Numbered from the stretch's first letter, positions 51,214-63,398 are shown. The stretch is 64,000 nucleotides of DNA from Coleofasciculus chthonoplastes F2-STO-03 (GCA_040222015.1 JAVJWO010000179.1:1-64000); one strand, 5' to 3'. Translations and numbers: made by a program. Notes: generated by a model not told the origin, from the sequence alone.

Positions 51214-52948
51214 CAAAATTCATAAACAAACCGCATCAATATTAACCCGCGATGGAATTCGCCTAGATGCTGATATTTACTATCCCGATACCGATACCGA
51301 CTTACCCGTACTCCTGATGCGACAACCTTATGGAAGGGCGATCGCATCCACTGTCGTCTATGCCCATCCCTTCTGGTATGCCGCCCAGGGGTATATTGTC
51401 GTAATTCAGGATGTGCGGGGACGGGGGACATCTGGGGGAGAGTTTCAGCTATTTACCCACGAGGTTGCTGATGGAATTGATACCATTAACTGGGTGTCGC
51501 AGTTACCCGGTAGCAATGGACAGGTGGGTATGTATGGCTTTTCCTATCAGGGGATGACTCAACTGTATGCAGCATCAGCAAATCTGCCCGCGTTGAAAAC
51601 AATTTGTCCGGCAATGATGGCGTATGATTTATATGCAGATTGGGCGTATGAAAATGGGGCATTTTGTTTCCACATTAATTTTGGGTGGGGGGTACAGTTA
51701 GCCGCCGAAACTGCCAGATTAAAAAATGATCCGATTGCCTATCAAATTCTCTATGCGGCATCTCGCAATTTGCCCTTTTATGACCTATCTCCCCGATTTA
51801 TCGAATGTTTAAATAAATATACACCAAATTCTTTTTATGATGAATGGCAAAACCATCCTGAACCCGGAGACTATTGGCAAAAACTCTCACCCAATCTAGA
51901 CGGTGTAGACTTGCCGATGCTGCATATTGGTGGCTGGTTTGATCCGTATCTGCGGGGTAATCTGCGTCTCTATAAAGACCTGGCAAAGCGGAGTAAATTT
52001 CCCCAGCATCTGATTATAGGACCTTGGGCGCATCTGCCTTGGGGAAGGAAAGTTGGGGCAAGAGATTTTGGCGCAGAGGCGGTAAGTCCTGTGGATAGGT
52101 TACAAGTGCGTTGGTTTGACCAGTTTCTCAAGGGGATTGATACCGGATTGTTGGACAAACCGCCTGTCTATTTATTTGAAATGGGGAGTAATCAATGGCG
52201 TTATTTTGATTCGTGGTTACAAGATAATCAGAAATCCTATTTTCTTAACAGTACAGGTTTAGCCAGTGTGCGAGACGATTCCGGGACTCTCCTATCCTGT
52301 CCGGTGGAAGACTCACGCTTGGGTGGAGACAAGGCAGAAGGTCAGAAAGAAGGGAATAATGATAGTTTAGGCGGACTTGATATTATTCCCCAATCTGAAT
52401 CTCCGGCAAAATTGCCTGTATTACCTGCTGCAACTGATGTATTTGTTCATGATCCGTGGCGTCCAGTTCCAGCGTGGGGAGGTCATGCGACAATCCCGGC
52501 TGGGTCATTTGATCGGTCTGCAATTGATAGTCGCACCGATGTTTTAACGTATAATTCGGCACCGTTTGCTGAAGATTTACATCTAATGGGTGATGTTGCA
52601 ATTGAGGTTTTTTGCTATTCCGATACATCCAGTTTTGACCTCTGTGCCGTGTTATCTGAAGTGCTTCCGAATGGGATGGTTTATAATTTCACTCAGGGGT
52701 ATGCGACTGTAAGTCTGGGTCAAGAAATAAAACCTGTTAGGATTGAACTCCAGCCGACTTGTATGAAAATTACCAAAGGGAATGGATTACGTTTGAGTCT
52801 AAGCGCCGCTTGTTTTCCAGCGTATCCGGTAAATCCAGGAACAGGCGTATCCTCTGCTGAAACGTTTATGATGGATGCTCAGATCATTACGGTCACGGTG
52901 AATTGTGGTGGAAACTTGACATCAAAACTTTTGTTACCAATCGCTTAA
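51209..52948 (+). CDS. CocE/NonD family hydrolase
   Basis: RDGIRLDADIY, RQPYG, QDVRGRGTSGG, GFSYQG, GWFD, GPWAH. Confidence 0.93.
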   Translation: MTKIHKQTASILTRDGIRLDADIYYPDTDTDLPVLLMRQPYGRAIASTVVYAHPFWYAAQGYIVVIQDVRGRGTSGGEFQLFTHEVADGIDTINWVSQLPGSNGQVGMYGFSYQGMTQLYAASANLPALKTICPAMMAYDLYADWAYENGAFCFHINFGWGVQLAAETARLKNDPIAYQILYAASRNLPFYDLSPRFIECLNKYTPNSFYDEWQNHPEPGDYWQKLSPNLDGVDLPMLHIGGWFDPYLRGNLRLYKDLAKRSKFPQHLIIGPWAHLPWGRKVGARDFGAEAVSPVDRLQVRWFDQFLKGIDTGLLDKPPVYLFEMGSNQWRYFDSWLQDNQKSYFLNSTGLASVRDDSGTLLSCPVEDSRLGGDKAEGQKEGNNDSLGGLDIIPQSESPAKLPVLPAATDVFVHDPWRPVPAWGGHATIPAGSFDRSAIDSRTDVLTYNSAPFAEDLHLMGDVAIEVFCYSDTSSFDLCAVLSEVLPNGMVYNFTQGYATVSLGQEIKPVRIELQPTCMKITKGNGLRLSLSAACFPAYPVNPGTGVSSAETFMMDAQIITVTVNCGGNLTSKLLLPIA

Positions 52949-53014
52949 GTTTATCTTATATAGTACTACGCACTAAAATTTTAATATTAACCTTTTCCCT
53001 CTTTCGTTTGACCA

Positions 53015-56000
53015 ATGATGAACAAACCACCCTTTCTAGAAACGACCCCCCAAGATAATCACCAGCAACCGTTGGCACAGCCTCATAAGTCTTGGCGTCC
53101 CCGTCATTTTCTAGTCTGGATGGTAGTGGGTCTAACCACCGTGGCGATTGGCGCTGTCGCCACAGTCAGCTATTTTGGAGTGCGCCAGCTAATCCTAGAA
53201 AACATCAAACAAAACGCGCTCAATTCAGTGCAAGCCGAAGCCAGTGAAATCGATCGCTGGCTAGCCACGCGCAAGGCTGAAGTCGAAACGATCGCCAGTA
53301 CCCCGATCCTGCGATCGATGGACTGGTCGCAGATTAAACCGTACTTGCAACGAGAAGTCCAACGCAGCCGGGATTTTACCTCGTTTTCTGTGATCAGGGC
53401 GGATGGAACCTTTCAAAGCAGCAATGAAGGTCAGGGGAATGTTCAAGATCGCCAACATTTCCAACAGGCGATGGCGGGAAAAGTGTATGTCTCTGATCCC
53501 CTAATCAGTCGGGCGACCGAATTACCGATTATTGCCATTGCCGCCCCGATTGTGGCAATGCCCCCTCAGCCTCCCCTAACCGTTGGTACAACGGCGGGTG
53601 CGATCGATATTGAGCGCGTGGAAGAAGTTGTTGAAAAGATATCCTATGGCAAGGATAGCTACGCCTTTGCCCTCAACTCTAGAGGCGTGCCGATTGTTTA
53701 TCCAGAGGAAAAACCCTTAGGAACTGAAAGAAAACCTGATTCCAGTTTACTGGAGTCAACCGAACCGGATCTAGCCGCGATCGCTCGCCAGATGGTGAAC
53801 CAAGAACAAGGAATTCAACAGGCAAACCTGTTCGGGGAATCCGTTTACGTGGCGTATGTCCACCTAGAAGAGGCAAACTGGTCGATTGCCTTAGTTATGA
53901 ACAATGAGAAAATAGAAAGTCCAATCTGGTCACTCAACTTGCTAGCTATCGTTCTAGTTGCCCTCTTGTTCGTTGCCATATTTTTCATCAGGCGACAGGT
54001 GAAACTATTTGAGATGACACGGGCTAAAGCCGCCAAAGAAGCACTGCTCAACCGCTTGACCAATCGCATTCATTCCTCACTCGACCTGGATCGCACCTTA
54101 CCCGCTACTTTAGAAGAATTGACATCGCTGCTGGGCTTAGAACGAGTCATTTTCGGCTGGTTGCTCGACAATCAGACGTTAAGAATTGCATATATGTACA
54201 CGGAGGAGGGTTTATCGAGCGAATGTAGACAGTTAAAGATAGCGACGTCCAGTAACTTAGAGACTCAGTTACGCAAGGGTGAGACCGTTGACTTTAAAGT
54301 ATCCATGATCAATGGTCAATCGGATAATGCTGGTTTAGAAAACACCCCAGATAACCCTTTCTCGTCCCATCCTGCTACCTCTTCAAAGGAAACCTATATC
54401 CTGGAAAATGGTCACTATTCAGCGATTCCCATCCGTCCTCAAACCGGATTCTTGGGCTATTTAATCTGTATCCACGCCACAAGTTGGTCGTGGAGTCCCA
54501 GCGACATCGAACTATTAGAAGCCATTTCTAAACAAATTGCCAGTGCTTGCACCCAATCCCATCTCTACACGAAAACCCAAGACCAAATCCAACTTCTCGA
54601 CAATACCTTAGACTCATTAGAGCGAGAACGCCGACAACTGCAACAAGTGATCGCCAGTGCGCCCATGGCAATGGCAATGTTTGACAAGGAAATGCGCTAT
54701 ATGGCTCATTCCCAAAAGTGGCTGATGGTGCAAGGGATTGAGGGGGAATCCATCATTGGTCGCTGCCATTACGAGATGATCCCAGATGTACCGGAACACT
54801 GGAAGCAGATTCATCAACGGGCGCTCACGGGGCAAGTGATCACTAACCCAGAAGATGTCTGGGAACGTAGCGATGGTTCTATCGTTTACATGCGCTGGGC
54901 AATTAACCCCTGGTATACTCCGAATGGTCAAGTGGGTGGGATTGTCATTGCCACCGACCAGATTAACGAATTAGTCGAAGCCAGAGAAGCGGCACTGGAA
55001 GCGGTACGGTTTAAGTCCAAGTTTCTGGCGAACATGAGTCATGAAATTCGCACGCCGATGAATGGCGTCTTAGGCATGGTGGGACTCCTGTTACAGACTC
55101 AACTCACGCCGCGACAGCGAGACTATGCCCAAACGATTCGCCGTAGTGCTGACCATTTACTGACCATCATCAACGATATTCTGGATTTCTCCAAGCTAGA
55201 AGCTGGAGAAATGGAACTCGAAACCATTGAGTTTGACCTAGATGGCTGTATCGAATCGGTTCTTGATGTGTTAGCCACTCAAGCCGAAGAGAAGAAGTTA
55301 GAATTGGCAACCTTAATTGACCGCCAAGTCCCCCGACAACTCAAAGGTGATCCGGCTAGACTGCGACAGGTTCTGTTAAATCTAGCGAACAATTCCCTCA
55401 AATTTACCCCCCAAGGGGAAGTGGTTATCCATGTCACGTTAGAAACCGCTACCTCCAAAAATGCCACCCTCCACTTTGCTGTGTCGGATACGGGAGTGGG
55501 TATTTCCCCAGAAGGGCAAGAAAAACTCTTCCAATCCTTTTCCCAAGTTGATAACTCCACCACTCGTCAATATGGTGGCACAGGCTTAGGGTTAGCTATC
55601 TGCAAACAGTTGGTCGATTTGATGGGCGGTGAAATCGGCGTGGAAAGTCAGGTGGGTAAAGGGTCCACGTTCTGGTTTACGGCAAAATTTGACACCCAAA
55701 CCAACGCTGAATCCCCCACCACTCCCTTTGCCCTCACCCATCTAAAACTGTTGGTCGTTTCCGAAAGTCGCACTACCCGCCAATCAGTGCGTTACTTAGT
55801 CAATACCTGGGGAATTGGGATTGATGAAGCCAACTCCGCAGAACTGTCCCTAGATGCCCTGCGCCAAGCTGCTGCGGTTAACCAGCCTTATGATGTGGTG
55901 ATCTGTGATTGGCAACTGCCCCAAATCGAGGATGGGTCCCTGATTAAAACTATTCGCTCTGATTCAGCGTTGAGCCATACCAAAGCCGTGGTGATGACAC

Positions 56001-57046
56001 CGATGAATCAACGGGATCAAGTCGAACAATTACTGTCTATGGGAGCGGCGAGTTATTTGCTCAAGCCAGTGAGAGCCTCACGGCTATTTGATAGTTTAAT
56101 GGCGGCTGTAGCGCCCGAAATGATTAAAGAACAGCAGGAGGAAGAACTAGCACAACATACAACGACTGGGGACTTCACTCATAAACAACCTGCGACTCCT
56201 CTGAATATCCTCTTAGCTGAAGATCATCCGATCAATCAACAAGTTATTCTCAATCAGTTACAGATGTTAGGTTATGAAGCCGACTGCGCCCCCAATGGTC
56301 AAGTTGTCCTGGAATTAGTCGAGCAAAATTCCTACGATATCATTCTCATGGACTGTCAGATGCCTGTTCTGGATGGCTATGCGACTACCACTAAATTGAT
56401 TGAGCGTTACGGTAGCACTCATCCGATTATTATTGCTCTAACCGCTCATGCGTTTCCTGAAGATCGAGAACGATGTGCGGCAGTTGGTATGGATGACTAT
56501 ATCAGCAAACCTGTTGATGAGGAAATGTTGAGCGAACGATTAGAGTATTGGGCAACCCAGATTAGACATGATGGGGACAAAAGGCAAATGGCAGATGGTT
56601 CTATGAAGGCAGAGGACAAAGGGCAGATGGCAGAAGGAAACGAGAAGGCAGAGGACAAAGGGCAGATGGCAGATGGTAAGGAAGACATTAATTCAACACT
56701 CAACAATTCCCCAATTAACTGGGAACACCTTGAGCGTGTCACCCTCGGTAAAAAATCGGCTCAAGAACGACTGTTGCACGCTTTTATCGAACATGCGGAA
56801 GCGGATTTAAAAGATATCCAAACCGGAATTGCCGCCGAAGATTATGAACAAATCTATGCCAAAGCCCATCGGTTGAGAGGATCAAGTGCCAATTTAGGCA
56901 TGGACGCGATCGCAGAATTAGCCGCCCAACTCGAAAACCATGGACGTTGCAGTTCTCTAATCGCTATCCAGGAAAACGTTGGCGAGTTAGAACGACAACT
57001 GACTACAGTTTGCGACTACATCCGCCACATTAATAGTCAATCATGA
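53015..57046 (+). CDS. Hybrid sensor kinase (Cache-GAF-PAS-HisKA-HATPase-REC-REC-HPt)
   Basis: [37 protein letters not shown]. Confidence 0.93.
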   Translation: MMNKPPFLETTPQDNHQQPLAQPHKSWRPRHFLVWMVVGLTTVAIGAVATVSYFGVRQLILENIKQNALNSVQAEASEIDRWLATRKAEVETIASTPILRSMDWSQIKPYLQREVQRSRDFTSFSVIRADGTFQSSNEGQGNVQDRQHFQQAMAGKVYVSDPLISRATELPIIAIAAPIVAMPPQPPLTVGTTAGAIDIERVEEVVEKISYGKDSYAFALNSRGVPIVYPEEKPLGTERKPDSSLLESTEPDLAAIARQMVNQEQGIQQANLFGESVYVAYVHLEEANWSIALVMNNEKIESPIWSLNLLAIVLVALLFVAIFFIRRQVKLFEMTRAKAAKEALLNRLTNRIHSSLDLDRTLPATLEELTSLLGLERVIFGWLLDNQTLRIAYMYTEEGLSSECRQLKIATSSNLETQLRKGETVDFKVSMINGQSDNAGLENTPDNPFSSHPATSSKETYILENGHYSAIPIRPQTGFLGYLICIHATSWSWSPSDIELLEAISKQIASACTQSHLYTKTQDQIQLLDNTLDSLERERRQLQQVIASAPMAMAMFDKEMRYMAHSQKWLMVQGIEGESIIGRCHYEMIPDVPEHWKQIHQRALTGQVITNPEDVWERSDGSIVYMRWAINPWYTPNGQVGGIVIATDQINELVEAREAALEAVRFKSKFLANMSHEIRTPMNGVLGMVGLLLQTQLTPRQRDYAQTIRRSADHLLTIINDILDFSKLEAGEMELETIEFDLDGCIESVLDVLATQAEEKKLELATLIDRQVPRQLKGDPARLRQVLLNLANNSLKFTPQGEVVIHVTLETATSKNATLHFAVSDTGVGISPEGQEKLFQSFSQVDNSTTRQYGGTGLGLAICKQLVDLMGGEIGVESQVGKGSTFWFTAKFDTQTNAESPTTPFALTHLKLLVVSESRTTRQSVRYLVNTWGIGIDEANSAELSLDALRQAAAVNQPYDVVICDWQLPQIEDGSLIKTIRSDSALSHTKAVVMTPMNQRDQVEQLLSMGAASYLLKPVRASRLFDSLMAAVAPEMIKEQQEEELAQHTTTGDFTHKQPATPLNILLAEDHPINQQVILNQLQMLGYEADCAPNGQVVLELVEQNSYDIILMDCQMPVLDGYATTTKLIERYGSTHPIIIALTAHAFPEDRERCAAVGMDDYISKPVDEEMLSERLEYWATQIRHDGDKRQMADGSMKAEDKGQMAEGNEKAEDKGQMADGKEDINSTLNNSPINWEHLERVTLGKKSAQERLLHAFIEHAEADLKDIQTGIAAEDYEQIYAKAHRLRGSSANLGMDAIAELAAQLENHGRCSSLIAIQENVGELERQLTTVCDYIRHINSQS

Positions 57047-57099
57047 ATTCCCTATTCCCTATTCCCCATTCCCTATTCCCTATTCCCTAACAAATAACC

Positions 57100-58362
57100 A
57101 TGGCAAAAATTCTTGCAGTTGATGATGATATAACCGTCCAAATCATTCTCCAAGAATTGTTAGAGAGTGAAGGTCATGAAGTTCTGCTAGCGGATGATGG
57201 AGAAGCCGCACTCCGACAAACCAAAAAACTTAAACCTGACTTAATCATCTGCGATTGGATGATGCCTAAACTCGATGGCTTAGAACTGTGCCGCCGCATC
57301 AAGGCAGATCCGCAACTAGCAACCATTTTTCTGATTCTACTAACCATACGTGAACAAGTCGCCGATCGCGTCCAAGGGTTAGATTCGGGGGCGGATGATT
57401 TTCTCTCAAAACCCATTGAACCCAGTGAATTGCAAGCCAGGGTGCGTTCGGGATTACGGCTGCATCAATTAAACAAACAACTTTCACAAGCCCTCCACCA
57501 TCTCAAGCAAACTCAATCTCAATTAGTTCAGAGTGAAAAAATGTCCAGCTTGGGTCAAATGATCGCTGGAATTGCTCATGAAATTAATAATCCAGTTACA
57601 TTCATTCATGGCAACTTATCCTACATCGAGGACTATAGCCAAGACTTGTTCGATCTAGTTGAATGTTATCAACAGGAGTATCCCCATCCGAGTCCGCGTC
57701 TGCAAGATAAAATAACCGATGTGCATCTTGACTTTTTAAGCCAAGATTTTCCCAAAGTATTGGCTTCGATGAAAGTCGGTACTGAACGCCTGCAAGAATT
57801 GGTGTTATCCTTGCGGAAGTTTTCCCGGCTCGATGAAGCTGAACGGAAACCAGTCGATCTTCATGAAGGAATAGAAAGCGCTCTTTTTCTAGTCCAACAT
57901 CGCTTATCCACTTCCGCCGGACAGCCCGGGATTCAAATCATCAAAGAATACGGCAAACTTCTCCCATTTGAATGCTATCCAGGACAACTAAATCAGGTTT
58001 TTCTCCACATTATTAATAATGCTATTGATGCTTTAGAAATGGATCAAGAAAAAGAGCAAGATAACAGCTCTTTACCTCAAACTATCCCAACGATTAAAAT
58101 TCAAACGACTCTGCAAAACGACGGTCAAGTAATTATTTGTATTATTGATAATGGAATTGGCATATCCGACAGTGTAAAACCTCGAATATTTGATCCGTTT
58201 TTCACCACAAAACCTGTCGGTAAAGGTAGAGGATTAGGGCTGTCAATTGCCCATCAAATTGTGGTAAATCAGCATGGCGGTGAATTGGACTGTGTTTCTC
58301 AACCGGATGTCGGAACTGAGATGATTATTAAACTTCCGTTTAAAAAATGTTTGCTAAATTAA
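57100..58362 (+). CDS. Response regulator-histidine kinase hybrid
   Basis: N-terminal REC (DWMMP), GIAHEINNP, PFFTTKPVGKGRGLGL. Confidence 0.93.
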   Translation: MAKILAVDDDITVQIILQELLESEGHEVLLADDGEAALRQTKKLKPDLIICDWMMPKLDGLELCRRIKADPQLATIFLILLTIREQVADRVQGLDSGADDFLSKPIEPSELQARVRSGLRLHQLNKQLSQALHHLKQTQSQLVQSEKMSSLGQMIAGIAHEINNPVTFIHGNLSYIEDYSQDLFDLVECYQQEYPHPSPRLQDKITDVHLDFLSQDFPKVLASMKVGTERLQELVLSLRKFSRLDEAERKPVDLHEGIESALFLVQHRLSTSAGQPGIQIIKEYGKLLPFECYPGQLNQVFLHIINNAIDALEMDQEKEQDNSSLPQTIPTIKIQTTLQNDGQVIICIIDNGIGISDSVKPRIFDPFFTTKPVGKGRGLGLSIAHQIVVNQHGGELDCVSQPDVGTEMIIKLPFKKCLLN

Positions 58363-58982
58363 GCTGATTTATAACATCATAAATTATTTTTGCCGCTTTG
58401 TACTCTGGAACTCTCTGCCTGGTTTCCGCTACTGATTCTGATCCGAGGAATTTTAAAGATTTGTAACAGTCCGCTCACTTTTGCATAAAATTTTCCCTCT
58501 ATCTGTGACTAAATCAATACAGACTTAAGCCGCACCAAGTCTAATTGCTAAATTCGGTCTAGTGTCCATCTTGTTTCTCACTAGTGCAAGAAAGCAGAAA
58601 TAACTGAACAGCTAATATCTCCCCCAGCTTCCCCAGCTCCCTTTGCTCCCCCTGCTTCATCGTATCTACGAAGCTGCTCAAGTATTTTTGCCGCGCTGCA
58701 CTAGCGGGATTCTCGTCGCTTGGCTGATTTTTGGATTTCTGGCGTTTGGTAAACAGGCGAGACGAGCTAGAAAATCGGAAAAAGGGATTGAATAGGGAAA
58801 GGGGTTGGCGGTGTAGAGACGTAGCATGCTACGTCTCTACTCTACACCGCTTCTATCGTACCTATCTTAAAATGAGCATATCCACGAATCAGAAGGTATC
58901 TAGTTGGCTTTTTAGTCCCGGATTGCGGTCACGGGGTTTGTAGGAAAGTATGCTATCCGTCTGCTTTTACATTGTAAGATCC

Positions 58983-59477
58983 ATGCTCACACATCACCGC
59001 TTACCTGTTTGCCTTTCGGTTGTATCGACGGATCTACCGATTTGGTTCACGATCGAAACGGCGGCTACGCTGTATCAAAAAGAACGCGATCGCTTTCACT
59101 TACTCTTGAGAGAACCCCCACTCCCGGAATGGGAATTCCGACACCCTCCCCAAACTAGCCCCACGGATGTCGTTAAGCGCACTCCCCAGCGACTCTTGTG
59201 GCTAGAAATTTCCCCCTATCGGATGATTATGACGATGCAGGCAAACGATAACTTAAGTTATCGTCACCGTTGGGAGCGAGGGGTTTATGGTATCAGTCGC
59301 TATTGGCTTCATGAAAAGGCGACAAAGAACCATCAGTCTTTGCAACTGCGAAATTATACCCGGATGCTGAAACTAGAGGGATACCCCTTACCCCGAAGCT
59401 TGGAACTTGACTATGAACTCTGGTCTGGCAAGGTGCGCCTGGGTCACTACCTGCTTCGGCTACAGATGTATCATTGA
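58983..59477 (+). CDS. Conserved cyanobacterial hypothetical protein
   Basis: LLWLEISPYR...WERGVYGISRYWL...LRNYTR; start placed at MLTHH. Confidence 0.7.
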   Translation: MLTHHRLPVCLSVVSTDLPIWFTIETAATLYQKERDRFHLLLREPPLPEWEFRHPPQTSPTDVVKRTPQRLLWLEISPYRMIMTMQANDNLSYRHRWERGVYGISRYWLHEKATKNHQSLQLRNYTRMLKLEGYPLPRSLELDYELWSGKVRLGHYLLRLQMYH

Positions 59478-59590
59478 TGGGATTAAGTTAAGTTCGGTAA
59501 ACCCAATATTGTTTATTAAGGAACATTAAGATTGAAATAAACTTTCTTACGATGCGTGACTTAGTACATTTGCAGAGGGGGAACTTCAGA

Positions 59591-60448
59591 TTAAAATTTT
59601 CGTTTGGGAATCGCATATCTGATGCCTCCCTTTTTACCCATAACATCTCCCTGGTAACGCGGGAGAACATGAATACTGGTGTGCATCATTTTTTGTCCCG
59701 CCTCTCGATTCACATTGAATCCCACATTAAACCCATCGGGATGAAATTGATCGGTTAAAAACTCTTGGACTTTGTTAACCATGAACCAGCAAGCGGATTG
59801 TTCTTTAAAGTCCAGATCAAAATAATTGGCAACATGACGTTTAGGAATCACCAGAACATGACCTTTACTAGCTGGATACCCATCGAACATGGCATAAGCT
59901 GTGGCTGACTCGGTTAGGACTCGCAGACTTCTGCGGGGGTTACAAAAGATGCACTTATTTTCTGAATGTCTTTGATAGTTATAATGAACGTATTCGTAAA
60001 TTTCGCAATACTCGTCTAGGTGAATGGATTGAAATGGGAGTTTGACTATGCACTGATAGGTGGGCTTTTTATGAATATAATGTTCTCGAAATCCTTCTTT
60101 TTTTAGATCTCGCCTCACGGCATAATAGGCTTTTCCACCGGGTTTTAATAAATGTGAAACATTCATGAGAACAGTTGCTTGTTCTTCAGCAAAGAGAACA
60201 TTTAACACATAAAAGCAGAGGATGGTATCAAATTTAATCGTGGGGTATTCGCGGAAATAGTAGGGGTCATATCCGGTGATATCAAAGCCTTTTTGCCGCA
60301 AAAGTTTGACATCATTACCCAAACCACAACCAAAGTCTAAAATTTTGCCGTGAAGCAGCTTTTTATCAACGAGAAGCTGTCCGGGAAAGGAGAGATAAAC
60401 TCTGTCTTTAGCGGTGAGATGACTGAATGTATTGGCTTGCTTTTTCAT
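59591..60448 (-). CDS. Class I SAM methyltransferase-HIT fusion protein
   Basis: ILDFGCGLG, YVLNV; CIFC, DGYPASKGHVLVIPKRH, GFNVGFN. Start placed at MKKQ because the upstream extension is repeat-derived. Confidence 0.88.
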   Translation of the reverse strand: MKKQANTFSHLTAKDRVYLSFPGQLLVDKKLLHGKILDFGCGLGNDVKLLRQKGFDITGYDPYYFREYPTIKFDTILCFYVLNVLFAEEQATVLMNVSHLLKPGGKAYYAVRRDLKKEGFREHYIHKKPTYQCIVKLPFQSIHLDEYCEIYEYVHYNYQRHSENKCIFCNPRRSLRVLTESATAYAMFDGYPASKGHVLVIPKRHVANYFDLDFKEQSACWFMVNKVQEFLTDQFHPDGFNVGFNVNREAGQKMMHTSIHVLPRYQGDVMGKKGGIRYAIPKRKF

Positions 60449-60705
60449 CGGACAGGAACTCCCCCAAAAAGCCACAGTTGCCCGCAAACTACAATTAGGT
60501 TGGGTTAGATATACCGTAGGGTGGGCAATGCCCACCAACCTTAAATCAGTGACCTTCGTATTAGGTTAAATGGCACTGACTTTAGAGTTTGTAGTAAGCG
60601 CTTAAGCGCTTACTACGAACCCAGCTTAAGTCAGCTACATTCGTATTAGGTTGGGTTTCGACTTCGCTCAACCCAACCGAAAAAGTAAAATGAGCGGATT
60701 AGCGA

Positions 60706-60831
60706 TTAATCGATGATCGCATTGACTAAGACTTCGGCTAGTGTCATATCCGCCATGTCATCTAGGGTAGCAGTGTCCGCAATATCAAACTTAGCACCTG
60801 CTCCTTGCAGTTCATCATCCAGAATCTTAAT
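60706..60831 (-). pseudogene. 3' remnant of a vWA paralog
   Basis: Translates KILDDELQGAGAKFDIADTATLDDMADMTLAEVLVNAIID*, matching the end of 61113-61730. Confidence 0.85.
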
Positions 60832-60942
60832 TAGGTTGAATGTCACTGACTGGTATGCTGGTGGGCATCGCCCACCCTACGGTATATTAAGAATCTCGGC
60901 AATCCCACAATGCTTATTGAGCGTGCCATTGAGCTTAAGTTG

Positions 60943-61045
60943 ATAAGCTGTCATGCATTTAAATTGGGTATAGGTAGTGAGCAAGATGCTCACACTACAA
61001 AAATTTCCCATTCTTGATATTACGGTTTAAAAGCCAAACAGCTTA
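60943..61045. mobile_element. MITE family B copy
   Basis: ATAAGCTGTCATGCATTTAAA ... TTTAAAAGCCAAACAGCTTA. Confidence 0.75.
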
Positions 61046-61112
61046 GGGACGGTTTAACTGATAACATTATTAATCAAACCAATAACTTTAGTAAACCCGC
61101 CCCGCTTAAGGT

Positions 61113-61730
61113 TCAATCCTCAATGGCGTTCAACAAGATTTCAGGTAACGTCATATCTGCCATATCATCCAGGGTAACGGTGTCAACGATATCGAATTTA
61201 GCACCCGCCCCTTGCAACTCATCATCAAGAATCTTGAGAAATCGCGTGGCTGTGGGATCGTTACCCACTTGAATCATAGAAATGGCTAATTCTTCATCCC
61301 GATCCATCTGACGCGACGCTTCCACAATCACTCGCATCACAGCTTTGCGATCGTCCGGTTCCCCATCGGTGATGACTAAAATGGTTTCGCCTTCGGGTTT
61401 GGTTTGTCCGGCTGATTTGCGCTGAAAGTAGCTATTCAGTGCATCCTGAAGTACACTAGCCAAGTCAGTCCGTCCCATGGGGTCATTTTCTAAGAAGATT
61501 TGTCCCACTTTGTCTGAGATAACGTTATCGTAGCGTTTAAAGCGACTGGAAAAAAGGTAAACGGTTATACCATCGGGGTCAAACTGTTCACATTTTCGGG
61601 CGAGGGCGAGAGTTGATTCTTGGGCGGTATACCAACGGGTTTGCCCACCGGGTTGATCCGGTGTAGACATGCTGCCACTTTTATCGATGATTAGGGTGTA
61701 GTCGCGGTTTTCCATAATTGAATCTGCCAT
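61113..61730 (-). CDS. vWA domain protein
   Basis: MIDAS DKSGS, ITDGEP. Confidence 0.9.
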   Translation of the reverse strand: MADSIMENRDYTLIIDKSGSMSTPDQPGGQTRWYTAQESTLALARKCEQFDPDGITVYLFSSRFKRYDNVISDKVGQIFLENDPMGRTDLASVLQDALNSYFQRKSAGQTKPEGETILVITDGEPDDRKAVMRVIVEASRQMDRDEELAISMIQVGNDPTATRFLKILDDELQGAGAKFDIVDTVTLDDMADMTLPEILLNAIED

Positions 61731-62312
61731 AACACTGATTTCGCGGATTTATATAGAGAGATTGGGCTGGGGATTTGGGATTTTGGTCACACTGATTTCA
61801 CGGATTTATGAGAGCGATCGGGCTGGGGATGTCCGAGGGTAGTAGCACTGATTACACGCTCGGTTTTGGTACTCAAGGGCGGGTGTATGTCAACGCAAGT
61901 AGGTTGGGTTGAGGAACGAAACCCAACGAGAGCAGGTGAGCTTGAACATCTTGTACAAACCTGATCTGCTCCCCTCAACTGTTGATTACTTTTTAGTCTA
62001 CCTCTATGCGTACCTGAGGTCATACACCTTTTGGTTGAATGTCACCGACTTAAGGGTGGTGGGCATTGCCCACCCTACGGTATATCCTGACTTTTCACGA
62101 GAAGTATAGAAACCTGAGCCGGGGCGGGCGCGAGTCACTTATGGGTGCAACCGAAAAGATAGTAGTGAAACCCGCCCCTACAGGATGCTGCTAGCGAATT
62201 TAACATTTTGCCCTGGAATGACCGAAATACGTTAGAGCCGCTAACGATTTTATTGGCTTTGAGCGTTCTTTTATCACATTCGCCAGCAAAGCTACAGGTT
62301 ACAGGATTAGGA

Positions 62313-63398
62313 TTATTTCCATCCTGCCCGATCCATTAATTTCACGGCTTCTGGGTTCTTTTCTCCATAACTGACGACATCTAACTCTGATTCTTTGAAG
62401 TCGCCAAAGTCAGCCACAACGGGATTGGGTTCCATATCTGTTACGACAGGATACTCATTCGCTTGATTGGCAAAGATTTCCTGGGCTTCGGGTGTCACCA
62501 GGTACTCTAGAAACTTAACGGCATTCTCTTGGTTCGGTGCATTGGTAACTACACCACCACCACTGATGTTGATATGAGTCCCATCGGCGGTTTGATTAGG
62601 GAAGAACACGTCTACTTTTTCCGCTACGTCTTGATCTTCCGCGGCATCGGATTTTTTGAGACGGGCTACATAGTAATGGTTAACGATCGCAACATCACAT
62701 TGACCGGCGGCTACGGCTTTAATTTGCGCGGTGTCATTGCCTTCGGGGGGACGGGCAAAGTTATCCACTAAGCCTTTGACCCAGTTTTCTGTCTCTTCCA
62801 TCCCTTTGCCTTCGATTTTAGAGGCGACTAAGGATTGGTTGTAGATATTTTCGGAACTGCGGATGCACACTCGTCCTTTCCATTCGGGTTCGGCTAAGGC
62901 TTCATAAGTGGAGAGTTCCTCTGGCTGAACGTTCTCTTTGTTATAGACAATGATTCGCGCCCGTTTGGATAATCCAAACCATTCTCCTTGGGGATCACGG
63001 AGATTGGCGGGAACGGCTGATTCTAAGGTTTCTGAGGAAATGGGTTGTAACAAGCCTTCCTCTTGTGCCCGCCACAGGCGCCCCACGTCAACGGTAATTA
63101 ATACGTCCGCCGGACTGTTTTCGCCTTCACTCTTGATCCGTTCGATCAACTCATCGGCGTCTCCTTCAATCAGGTTCACCTCGATTCCCGTTTCTTCGGT
63201 GAAGTTCTCGTAGAGGGCATCATCGGTGTCATAATGGCGGGCGGAATAGAGGTTAATTTCTCCCGCATCGGCTGTGTTTTCAGCCGCGCCATCTGTACTT
63301 GCAGTATCGGCGGGTTCGTTGGGATTTGAACAGCTTGCAACGACTAACAGGGCGAGTCCAGAGCAGAGTCCAATTATACTACGTCTAGTAATTTTCAT
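62313..63398 (-). CDS. futA: Fe(III) ABC transporter substrate-binding lipoprotein
   Basis: Lipobox VASC, LYSARHY, IYNQSL, NHYY, HINISG. Confidence 0.93.
   Translation of the reverse strand: MKITRRSIIGLCSGLALLVVASCSNPNEPADTASTDGAAENTADAGEINLYSARHYDTDDALYENFTEETGIEVNLIEGDADELIERIKSEGENSPADVLITVDVGRLWRAQEEGLLQPISSETLESAVPANLRDPQGEWFGLSKRARIIVYNKENVQPEELSTYEALAEPEWKGRVCIRSSENIYNQSLVASKIEGKGMEETENWVKGLVDNFARPPEGNDTAQIKAVAAGQCDVAIVNHYYVARLKKSDAAEDQDVAEKVDVFFPNQTADGTHINISGGGVVTNAPNQENAVKFLEYLVTPEAQEIFANQANEYPVVTDMEPNPVVADFGDFKESELDVVSYGEKNPEAVKLMDRAGWK

Noticed and set aside
60706..61236. DGR TR/VR pair (vWA copy)
   Set aside because: Differences are mostly synonymous-type changes of all bases, as expected for an old paralog.
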